This document shows positions 15,990 through 24,348 of a DNA stretch of 41,518 bases, piece after piece. A program made the translations under genes and the position numbers. Under the pieces are notes generated by a model. It made no database searches. It was not told the DNA's origin and worked only from the letters and a program-made list of their open reading frames with translations. The stretch's first letter is position 1; each line of letters opens with the position of its first letter. The stretch lies in the IMG/VR virus record IMGVR_UViG_3300025133_006663, positions 1-41,518 of that record; one strand, written 5' to 3'. This DNA is from a virus. Its lineage: Duplodnaviria > Caudoviricetes.

Positions 15990-17818
15990 TAGGTAAGGTC
16001 TCGCACTTGATTTAACTTGCCAGCGTGCAACATCCGTGTTTTCACAAACGCCTCTTTGAGCGTTCGCCGTAGAGGTCTGACGGCCTTCTTCAGCTCCCGC
16101 TTAGCCCGAGGATCGGACGCCTTCCGCCACTGCTTGCGGTTCCACAGCACCGCCCGAGCCGCTTCCTTCGATTCTGCATCCCGGCTGTACTGCTGGACGT
16201 ATTCGGCTTCCTCACCCATTTGCTCCATGCCGCCGCCCATTTCACCGCCTTCCCCGATAATGCCGTCCCCGTCGCCGTCCTGCTCAATTCCGAGCTGCAT
16301 ACCCATCGGATCCGCCGCCTGATTCATTGTGGCCTGTGACAGCACCTGCTCGTCACCAGAGGCCTGGCCGAGCCCGATCGAGTGCATAACGTCCTTGGCT
16401 GGAATCTCGGCCCCCATGCCGAAGGCCAGCTGATAAGCCTGCAGCGTTTCCATTGAATCCTCTGACTGAGTTTCCAGTTTGAACTGCATGTGCCAGCCGG
16501 CAGTTTCCGGGAAGTTGATCAGCTGAATAATCTTGACCAGCTCGAACGTCATTGTGTCCTCAAGATTCGCCGCGTCGTAGGCAATGATCTGCGCCAGAGT
16601 GTCCAGGTGAGCGTCAGCCACACCGGAGCCCAACCCCGTGGCCGCCGCTTCGCTGCTGAGTGTCTGGCCGAGAATGTACCGCTTGATCCGGTGGCCAAAA
16701 TACTCGTTGATAAGATTCTGCAGAATGTCAGCACCGGCAAACCCCGGCTCTACAATCTCAAGGTTGTAGGCACTGCTGTCGTCACCGATCGGCTTCGGGA
16801 AGAACAGCTGATTCTTTCCGTTGGCCATCCGCTTATTAGCGGAATCCTTCACGGCCGCCAGAGCGTCCTTATCCCCACTGGGATACGTCCACACCTCAAT
16901 ACCGCCGGCAGACCGTTCAAGGTACTCCATGAGGAACGCCAGCGTCTCCTGCTTCAACGTGTACTCCCAGTAGATCCGGGACCGAATACCGACACCGTGG
17001 ACCGAACCGGCAAAGTGCGGATCGTAATAATCGGCGTCCTCGATGAAATGCTTATGGACGCAGCACACCGACCGCTCCTGCTCCGTTAGGAACTGCACGA
17101 TACTTTCCCCGGTAGGTTCAGCTGCCAGGCCCTTGTGAATCTGCTGTTTGCCCCAGCCATTCCAGACGTTTGTCCGAATCCCCATCTGGTGAGGATATTC
17201 CCCCTGATCCCGCTTCAGACTGCCGTCGTCGTATCGGTAAACGATCTTGTCACCGTGAATCGGCATCCAGCCGGGATGATCGGGCGACGGACTCGACGGC
17301 AACAATCGTTGCTTCCCATTGACCGACTGCCAGCCGTAGCGATTCTGCACCGCATACTTGCCGTACCAAATCCCTTCCATCAGGTTCCGTTTGTATTCGG
17401 TGAACCGGCGGATTCGCTTCAGGATCCGTTCCAGCTCCCGCGCCAGACTCACCTGGCCGTAGTGCTTGTCATCTTCAGGCTCGATCGACCATTCCAGTTG
17501 AGCGGTCATCCGCTGCCGAGCTTCGAGCGATTCCATGATGCCGACGTCATTTCGCATCATCCGTGCGTTATCCCACGAATCCTGCAGCGCTTCGTCTGAC
17601 TGCTGGTAGGCCCGCGAGAACGTACCGACCAGACTGGCGAACGTCATAACGTGCGGTACGGCATCCTCACCCCACAGCGGTGGAGCCCCTGGCACAGCGC
17701 TGGCCGCATCCCACCCACGGTTGACGTGTTTGTTCACGAATGACGCAACTTGCTCGCTGGTCTCGTTTTGTGGATTGACAGCAACCGCGAAGGCATCTGG
17801 ACTCATGAGGTCGTTCAT
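15989..17818 (-). CDS. Portal protein (DUF935 / Mu gp29-like)
   Basis: 609 aa; LEWSIEP, IWYGKYAV, ILGQTLSS, GLGSGVADAH motifs; GGAG RBS. Confidence 0.85.
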   Translation of the reverse strand: MNDLMSPDAFAVAVNPQNETSEQVASFVNKHVNRGWDAASAVPGAPPLWGEDAVPHVMTFASLVGTFSRAYQQSDEALQDSWDNARMMRNDVGIMESLEARQRMTAQLEWSIEPEDDKHYGQVSLARELERILKRIRRFTEYKRNLMEGIWYGKYAVQNRYGWQSVNGKQRLLPSSPSPDHPGWMPIHGDKIVYRYDDGSLKRDQGEYPHQMGIRTNVWNGWGKQQIHKGLAAEPTGESIVQFLTEQERSVCCVHKHFIEDADYYDPHFAGSVHGVGIRSRIYWEYTLKQETLAFLMEYLERSAGGIEVWTYPSGDKDALAAVKDSANKRMANGKNQLFFPKPIGDDSSAYNLEIVEPGFAGADILQNLINEYFGHRIKRYILGQTLSSEAAATGLGSGVADAHLDTLAQIIAYDAANLEDTMTFELVKIIQLINFPETAGWHMQFKLETQSEDSMETLQAYQLAFGMGAEIPAKDVMHSIGLGQASGDEQVLSQATMNQAADPMGMQLGIEQDGDGDGIIGEGGEMGGGMEQMGEEAEYVQQYSRDAESKEAARAVLWNRKQWRKASDPRAKRELKKAVRPLRRTLKEAFVKTRMLHAGKLNQVRDLT

Positions 17819-17842
17819 CTGGTTCTCTCCATAAGAGCCGAA

Positions 17843-17872
17843 ACTATAGCAAAATGGCTAGGAACGTGTCAC
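17843..17872 (-). promoter_or_regulatory. Putative promoter for the portal / polyvalent-protein operon
   Basis: Minus strand reads GTGACA-N18-TATAGT with an extended -10 TG (TGcTATAGT), in the only intergenic gap before the portal. Confidence 0.5.
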
Positions 17873-17892
17873 GACGGAGTTTTTGCCCGCTT

Positions 17893-18555
17893 TCATACTA
17901 TCCCGCCGTCTTTTTTCGCCCTGATATGCCGCCGCCGTTCACATAACCCGTGTTTCTGCTCGTAAAATGGCACGCCCATTTCAGACGGCAGAACATGGAC
18001 CGGCACGTCACTGGCACGCCACAGGGCGTACGGCAGCCCCACCTGATCACGGCAACAGCCCGCTTGATACTCTTCCCACCACGCTTCATTGAACTCGTTC
18101 GCTTCGTGGTTTCGGATCAAGAATCCCCCGCAGTACAGACCGAAGTTAGCGGGAAACCCCGCCTGCCGGTATCGCTGCAGCTGCGTGCTAAGCCCGGTGG
18201 CCGACGCCTGCCCCCTCACCGCTTTGGCTTCCTCGTAGGCGCAGGACCGCCACGGATGCCGGTACAGATTGAGGCCACCGCGACAGCTTGCCACTATTTT
18301 CCGAGGATCCACAGTCAGAGGCAGGTTTGCATCGTGGTACAGTGTCCACTCAGCGTGAGGAAACAACAGGTGAGGCCGAATCTTGTACTTCCGGTTTTCG
18401 CGTCGATAGGTCGCCTCTGTCGGGAATGGTCGCAGGCATTCCCAGCCCGCGACCGCCGGGCCATCGGTGAACAGCACGAACCGCACACCGGGAATTGTGG
18501 CGGCTGGAGCCAGCTGGTCATACCGGCCGAATAGCGCTGTGTAGACTACGAACAT
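17893..18555 (-). CDS. DUF616 (TOD1/MUCI70-like) glycosyltransferase-like protein
   Basis: VVYTALFGRYD, FTD, RKYKIRPHLLFP, YHDAN, HPWRSCAYEEA, WWEE...RDQ motifs. Confidence 0.85.
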   Translation of the reverse strand: MFVVYTALFGRYDQLAPAATIPGVRFVLFTDGPAVAGWECLRPFPTEATYRRENRKYKIRPHLLFPHAEWTLYHDANLPLTVDPRKIVASCRGGLNLYRHPWRSCAYEEAKAVRGQASATGLSTQLQRYRQAGFPANFGLYCGGFLIRNHEANEFNEAWWEEYQAGCCRDQVGLPYALWRASDVPVHVLPSEMGVPFYEQKHGLCERRRHIRAKKDGGIV

Positions 18556-19265
18556 AGTTGATTAACTACCCCCATAATCTGCGCCGACTCCTGTTCGATC
18601 GTCGGCGGTATCAACCCCCGCACTACACGCACCAAATCCTCAGCATCTGTATATCTCACGCACGGGTAATCCCAACACCACCCAACGTCGGGAGCAATCA
18701 CCGGCGTCCCCGTGGCCATCGCCTCCGGCACGCACATCGGGCCGCCTTCGTTCTCGCTCAAGACCACCACATAGTCGATTCCCTGGTAGAATGCCGGCAT
18801 GTCTGTTTCTGCCCAGATGCCACCACTGTACCAGACAACGACACCGGGCATTTTGATTGCATCAATCAGGTGCGTCCGCTTCCGTGGTGAATCCTTCCCA
18901 ATGACTCCCAGTACGATATCCCGTCGCCCATACAGCTCAGGCGGTGCAGTCCGAATAACCGTAGTGCGATCGGCAGGAAGGTGCTGAGCTGTCTTCTCGC
19001 ACATCGAAATACACCAATCCACCTTAGCCGCGACAGCATCAAAGACCTTCCCCCGGCTACCCTTCTCCCAGTGGGTGAACCAACCAATATCGCACTTGGT
19101 TTTCCGCATCCGGCCAGCCACGTCGAACATAGCATAATTGCACCAGATATTTACGTCGGCATTCCGATCCGGTTTCGCGCTGCACTTCGACCCCGGCAGT
19201 TGCCACGCTTCTGCGATTCGCTGCAGTATCCACCCGTCTGTCGGCCGCACTATGTTGATTGTCAT
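18546..19265 (-). CDS. GT-B fold glycosyltransferase (GT4-like)
   Basis: EX7E signature 'SENEGGPMCVPEAMATGTPVIAPDVG'. Start placed at ATG 19265, which overlaps the upstream TGA. Confidence 0.85.
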   Translation of the reverse strand: MTINIVRPTDGWILQRIAEAWQLPGSKCSAKPDRNADVNIWCNYAMFDVAGRMRKTKCDIGWFTHWEKGSRGKVFDAVAAKVDWCISMCEKTAQHLPADRTTVIRTAPPELYGRRDIVLGVIGKDSPRKRTHLIDAIKMPGVVVWYSGGIWAETDMPAFYQGIDYVVVLSENEGGPMCVPEAMATGTPVIAPDVGWCWDYPCVRYTDAEDLVRVVRGLIPPTIEQESAQIMGVVNQLCS

Positions 19266-20509
19266 CGCCCTGTTTTCCACTCCACAAATGCCGGCCACAC
19301 TTCATCTCTCATGTACGTGTGATGATAAAGCGACCCGCAATCATCACCATGCAGACAACCCACCTCGCTTGTCTTAAACAATCGCCCCGGCAACGATTCA
19401 ACGCCGGTACGTCGCGGTTCTAAGTCCTGCCAATTCCGTTGATAAAACCGGATGTGTTCATACCAGTAAAAACTACCGCTGTAGTACCACGCCGCCCCCG
19501 AGAGCTTCTTCAGTTTTCGGAACGGGCCAGACATTGCGAACTCTTCCAGCTGCCCCCGCACCGTTGGCCAGTCGTCAAGACACACCGCGTACATTATTTC
19601 CGTCCACTTCTTCACGGTCTCACCGTTTTCCGTGCGGTCAGAGAGCGGCTTACCGAATCGTTTTGTTACCCCTTTCGCATGTGCCCGAAACGTCACCTCT
19701 GGCTCAAACGACTGTACCGCCTGCATTAACTTCACCGCCGTGACGTTCTCACCGAGACTCTTCCGGCCGCCCCTCCCTCTGTCGTTTTCCTCAACGATGA
19801 ACTCAAAGCCATGCCCCTGCAGATATTCCTTCACCATCTCTGCCGGATCGGTGCTATCGTCGCACACTATCCCGACGATGCGCCGGCCGTTAAACAAGTC
19901 GATACGCTTCAGAATCTGGTCGAGATTCCATTGCCAGAGCCATCGCTGTCGCTTCACCGGATAAATGTGGTAAATGAGATTCTTGCGCACGTCGTTCGGT
20001 AGTGCAGCCCGCACGACTGGCGGATCTGCCCGCCTCGCCTTGCGTTCAACCGATCGGCTGCGATGCCTCGCCACTCCCACACGTTTTTTTTTAACCGCCC
20101 GTGCTCTGTCCTTCCTGATGGCATTCCACAGCAAGACGCGGGCTCCGGCTTCCACGGCCATGACGCCAAACACGGAATTCAATACTGCAGCCGGCACCTT
20201 GACCGCCTCCGCGAGCTTGTCTTTGTTCGACATCATCTTGCCAATGATGTGGTCGGCTTGTTTTTCGCACCAGTCCGGCCCGCGTTTGTTCATCTGCGAA
20301 GCAAGGTTAGCGCACCCGCACGACTTATCACCCTTGATGCCCGTAATCCAGCTGATCGACGCGGCCAGAAAACTACCGACCTGGCTCGTCTCTATCACGC
20401 CCTTGAAACTCTGCGCAGCAACCGCACGGGGAACACGCGACACCTTGAACGTGCGGCCCTTGCGCCGTGCCTTCATTTCCTCCAGCCGTATGCGTGTCGA
20501 TTCGTGCAT
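19262..20509 (-). CDS. Two-domain protein: N-terminal CGC-motif domain plus C-terminal glycosyltransferase-like domain
   Basis: N-terminal 'GIKGDKSCGCANLASQMNKRGPDWC'; C-terminal 'LIYHIYP...FRAHAKGVT...WTEIMY...YSGSFYW' resembles viral HxKG/SGNFWW glycosyltransferase-like proteins. Confidence 0.55.
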   Translation of the reverse strand: MHESTRIRLEEMKARRKGRTFKVSRVPRAVAAQSFKGVIETSQVGSFLAASISWITGIKGDKSCGCANLASQMNKRGPDWCEKQADHIIGKMMSNKDKLAEAVKVPAAVLNSVFGVMAVEAGARVLLWNAIRKDRARAVKKKRVGVARHRSRSVERKARRADPPVVRAALPNDVRKNLIYHIYPVKRQRWLWQWNLDQILKRIDLFNGRRIVGIVCDDSTDPAEMVKEYLQGHGFEFIVEENDRGRGGRKSLGENVTAVKLMQAVQSFEPEVTFRAHAKGVTKRFGKPLSDRTENGETVKKWTEIMYAVCLDDWPTVRGQLEEFAMSGPFRKLKKLSGAAWYYSGSFYWYEHIRFYQRNWQDLEPRRTGVESLPGRLFKTSEVGCLHGDDCGSLYHHTYMRDEVWPAFVEWKTGR

Positions 20510-20510
20510 G

Positions 20511-21938
20511 TCAGCTTTCCGATATATCCACGATTAGGCGTACCGTAGCTGTGCCGACTGTGAATAACTGACTGGCGCACACCTCATACGCTTCTGCGGA
20601 AAAAGCTATCTCGTCATGGCAAATCAGACAGTTCGTACCGAAGTCGCAACCGCCACCGCCGACAGACATGTTAGCCCGCCATTTAGCATATGTTTTCCCT
20701 GGGGGGGGCGGGGGACAGGCGGTTCCCGAAGCACACGGAATAAAACAGATATCGATATCCCCGCAACCATTTGAACCGCCACCGATCCACTGCCCGCCCG
20801 AACAACATGACGGATCAAATTCCCGATCTAGAAGGTTCCCCACGCAATCGGCACGCCTTGTGCTGCCCTGGTTGGTACAGACGTTTTCGGCATCTTCATC
20901 GACGTCGTACAGAAAACTGATAGCAAACTCCAAGTCCGTCCAGCAGCTCGTATCGACCGGTGTCTCCGGGTCGGGATTGTCGATAGTCCCTAACGAGATC
21001 CTAACGATCAGAGTCGCCGGCGGCGAAGGCGGTATTGAATCACAGCATTCAATACATATCTCTGGCTCGCAGCTGCCGCAGTCGAGCGACCGCACCACCA
21101 CCTGGAACTCGTCATACCCGTCCGTGAATGTAAACACAGTCGATAACGTAAGACAGTCCACTATCTGCTCGGGCTCAAAGGCCCAGTCGATGCTATCCGC
21201 ACCCAGCGACCCGCTAGCAGTACCTGTCAACTCACACGCATCCGTGTACTGGTTGCGCTGCAGCTCAAATGCCACAGCCAGGGAACCGCTCGGATCGCAC
21301 ACGAGCGTCCCGCTCCAGCTGGCCGTAACAGCCATGTCCTCGCACAGATCGCCGTCGAACTCTACCGTTCCCTCGCAGGAATCAAGCGACGTAATATTTG
21401 TAACACTCACACACAGTTTGCGGGGAATACACAAACAGTCACCGCAAAAGTGCCGAGCGCAGTGGTAGGTGCCCTCCGGCGGATCCCCCTTCCGCTTCAA
21501 CAGCTGCAGGTTGTCTTTCCGTGCCCACCGGAAGATTCCCGACTCTTCGCCGTATTCTCCGGCGTTCCGTGTGTAGGCGACTTCGTTGTCCCAGTCGCGG
21601 CAGGTCACGGTTTCCTCGCCGTACTTACCACACAGGACAGCGGAAAAGACTTCCTCGCCATTGAGCGTCACGGAAAAGGTGCAGGTGTACGGATCCCACC
21701 CAGCCACGAACGTGATACCGCCCGCCATGCCGACCCACTCCGTTCCGGTATCTACAGCCTCCCCAGTCTTCAGCGTCTCGCCGTAGACCTCCCACTCCAG
21801 GCAGATATCGCACGGGTTTATGACGCAGCACCCGCAGCCCGTTTTACTGAGGGTTTCGCCGCATTCTTTCACCGGGACATTGTCTTGCTGGTACTTCCGC
21901 GTGCCCATCCCGATGACAGTGAATGGATTGACTGGCAT
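20511..21938 (-). CDS. Cysteine-rich acidic putative tail / receptor-binding protein (~475 aa)
   Basis: 37 Cys by manual count; ATG at 21938 overlaps the upstream stop (TGATG); follows the tail genes. Confidence 0.65.
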   Translation of the reverse strand: MPVNPFTVIGMGTRKYQQDNVPVKECGETLSKTGCGCCVINPCDICLEWEVYGETLKTGEAVDTGTEWVGMAGGITFVAGWDPYTCTFSVTLNGEEVFSAVLCGKYGEETVTCRDWDNEVAYTRNAGEYGEESGIFRWARKDNLQLLKRKGDPPEGTYHCARHFCGDCLCIPRKLCVSVTNITSLDSCEGTVEFDGDLCEDMAVTASWSGTLVCDPSGSLAVAFELQRNQYTDACELTGTASGSLGADSIDWAFEPEQIVDCLTLSTVFTFTDGYDEFQVVVRSLDCGSCEPEICIECCDSIPPSPPATLIVRISLGTIDNPDPETPVDTSCWTDLEFAISFLYDVDEDAENVCTNQGSTRRADCVGNLLDREFDPSCCSGGQWIGGGSNGCGDIDICFIPCASGTACPPPPPGKTYAKWRANMSVGGGGCDFGTNCLICHDEIAFSAEAYEVCASQLFTVGTATVRLIVDISES

Positions 21939-23503
21939 CAGCAGCCCCCGAGCCAATTAACGCTACGCAGATCCCACAGCGGTGTACACCCCGGATATGG
22001 ATTCCAATAGATAGCATGCGCCTTAGCGCCCACCAGCTCGTCCTCCGTGAGATTCGCCATGAGACCCAAATAGTCTTGAATAATGTAGGTGCTGCTATAC
22101 TCATCCTCGCCCGGCGGAATACCGCACCCGGTGTATCGGTCGATCGACTCAAGCACCGTTGAGACCGTTCCCGCTTCGCAGTCCGCGTCTGTAATCACAA
22201 ACCCCATCTCCGGCCCGTCACCGGAGCCGCTACCGCCGCCGCCGCTCGGTTCCTCCGGCACGAGGTTAAACGGAATACTTCGCACGCGAGTGAGTGCCGA
22301 CGCCTGCCCTCGCTTGACGTCCTGGCGATGTATCACGCTGTCCGTGAAGCACGTCGGCTGCCACTGCTGGACACCAATGTAGGAGATGTCATGCTGCTGG
22401 CCGTATCGAGCGTAGTAGTCCGTGGCGATGCGAGCCGTTAGCGCGGCCGTTACATCATCGTCCCAGCTGTACCGCAGCACCACAGACGAGCCGGCATGTG
22501 TCGGCCGCGCGTACCCGGCCGTGACCGCTGTCACATCCAGAAACGTCGTATCGTCATCCTGCCGCACTTCCGCCTTAGCCGGCAGCTGCAGGCTTGAATC
22601 CGTTTCAAACTCGTCCCCTGTCACCGGGACCGGGACCGAGATGTCTTCGGATCCACCAGCACCATCAAGCGAACCCAGCCCGGCAAGGTGCCCCGCGTGA
22701 ATCACCGCACTGGCCGCCGAATCCAACAACGCGAACTTGCTGCCCGATGTCGGTGACGCATGGCCGGCGACTGTCATGTCAGGAACGACCGTCAGGCCCA
22801 GCTGCCCCGCTACAGACTCCAGGACGACCGCCAGATTCTCCTGGTCGTTTTCCAGTACGTCCGGCAGAATCTTGTCGTAGTCCGCGTGCAGATTCTTAAT
22901 CGTGACCGTTTCATCGACGCGACTGGTGAGATAGGTCAGCATGGCGGCGCAGTTGGCAAACGTCTCTTCCGAGATCGCCCCCACGTTGCGGAACTGCCAC
23001 CAATAGCGGCCGTCAACCAGAGGGATAAGATAGGCCCCCTCGCGCAGACTTCCCGCCGCCACCTGGTTGCTGTTTACGATCTTCGTGGTCAGTGGTATGG
23101 CGGCCAGCGGCCACATCGTCATCTTGAGCGTTTTATGATTCGCTGGGACCGGATTCCCCTGGCTATCCACGAACGCCATATCCTCGCGGCGCTCCGCCCG
23201 ATACTGCAGTATCAGCGGCCCGGTGCCGGCCTCCGAGTAAATGGCGCTCTGGTCGGACTCTGTGACCAACATCAGCATGTGAGCCCAGCGCGTGGCCCCT
23301 GTCGGTATCACCAGCTGATTGATCGCAGGCTCGGGACTCTCGGGGTAGTTAAAGTACAGCAGGTTGTCGCCGCGCTGTGTCACCGCTGCCTGCGATGGCG
23401 CAATCAACCGCCGGTCCCTCAGCGGCAGATAGTCTTCCATCCAGCCCCGCAGGTAATCGTGCGGATCTAGCTGCAGGCCGAAAGTGTCACCGAGTTTTAT
23501 CAT
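21938..23503 (-). CDS. Putative tail tip / baseplate hub protein (521 aa)
   Basis: Long ORF coupled to both neighbours; function inferred from position in the tail module only. Confidence 0.55.
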   Translation of the reverse strand: MIKLGDTFGLQLDPHDYLRGWMEDYLPLRDRRLIAPSQAAVTQRGDNLLYFNYPESPEPAINQLVIPTGATRWAHMLMLVTESDQSAIYSEAGTGPLILQYRAERREDMAFVDSQGNPVPANHKTLKMTMWPLAAIPLTTKIVNSNQVAAGSLREGAYLIPLVDGRYWWQFRNVGAISEETFANCAAMLTYLTSRVDETVTIKNLHADYDKILPDVLENDQENLAVVLESVAGQLGLTVVPDMTVAGHASPTSGSKFALLDSAASAVIHAGHLAGLGSLDGAGGSEDISVPVPVTGDEFETDSSLQLPAKAEVRQDDDTTFLDVTAVTAGYARPTHAGSSVVLRYSWDDDVTAALTARIATDYYARYGQQHDISYIGVQQWQPTCFTDSVIHRQDVKRGQASALTRVRSIPFNLVPEEPSGGGGSGSGDGPEMGFVITDADCEAGTVSTVLESIDRYTGCGIPPGEDEYSSTYIIQDYLGLMANLTEDELVGAKAHAIYWNPYPGCTPLWDLRSVNWLGGC

Positions 23504-24015
23504 TAGTCGTCAGCGGTCAAATCCCACCCGAAGGCTACGGCGAAATCCACAGAGAGAACCCCGCAGAATCCGTCGCCGATATCATCGTCTACCGTTTCCT
23601 TGGTCGTCTCGTCACTGAGGACTTTCATCCCTTCGTGCAAAACCGGATCCTGCGAATCCCCGTCCGTCAGGTAATCGTCGAACATAAGCAGTATCTTGTT
23701 TTCGACCCGATACAGCCCATGCGGCTGCGATACCAATAGCTCGCGATCCTCGCCGTCCTGGTCGCTGTAATTCAAAGACCAGACGCGCACGCGGATCGTC
23801 CCCTCATATTCGAGGATGCCGCCACCCTGATTTGGGTGGTCGAAATGGCCGCCAATGAAACCGAACGTGACCAATTCCACATCACGTATCGCCCCCGCCG
23901 GCGGCCGATTGTCAAGCACCCAATAGATACGGGACGCGAAATCCGGCAGCTTGCACTTGAGCAGACGCTCGAAGCGCTCCGCAACCTCAATCTTAGTGGT
24001 ATGACGGTGAGGCAT
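23503..24015 (-). CDS. Putative tail terminator / completion protein (~170 aa)
   Basis: Likely start ATG 24015 (TGATG overlap). Size, acidity and alpha/beta pattern resemble lambda gpU / Mu gp37-type proteins. Confidence 0.5.
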   Translation of the reverse strand: MPHRHTTKIEVAERFERLLKCKLPDFASRIYWVLDNRPPAGAIRDVELVTFGFIGGHFDHPNQGGGILEYEGTIRVRVWSLNYSDQDGEDRELLVSQPHGLYRVENKILLMFDDYLTDGDSQDPVLHEGMKVLSDETTKETVDDDIGDGFCGVLSVDFAVAFGWDLTADD

Positions 24016-24218
24016 CAGGCATTCATATTCGGGCCGAGACCTTCGAGCCAATCAATCAACTCAGCCTTGCACTGGATTCTCCCCGCATCGTCGAGGTGGG
24101 TCGCCGTCACAGCTGTATCCAATGCCGTCGACAACGTGTCAAACGCCGCCAATATCGCCGTTTTACTGGCCGAAGCCGGCGCCGTGGCAAACGCATCTGT
24201 TGAACTCATATCCGACAT
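24015..24218 (-). CDS. Small hypothetical protein (67 aa)
   Basis: ATG at 24218 with AAGGA upstream; stop overlaps the next start. Confidence 0.6.
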   Translation of the reverse strand: MSDMSSTDAFATAPASASKTAILAAFDTLSTALDTAVTATHLDDAGRIQCKAELIDWLEGLGPNMNA

Positions 24219-24348
24219 GACCTGTCTTCCTTCTTCTAATTCCTCAAATACACTGAATTGCACCGAACTCGCTTATGCTACTAACCACACTGTCGAAATC
24301 AAGATGAACACACTTTCCGCTTAGTCACAGTAGTCCATGCGATACACG

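Noticed and set aside
20701-20714. G8-C-G5 tract as a phase-variation or G-quadruplex site
   Set aside because: Explained by a poly-Pro stretch (CPPPPPG) in the Cys-rich gene; frame is intact.
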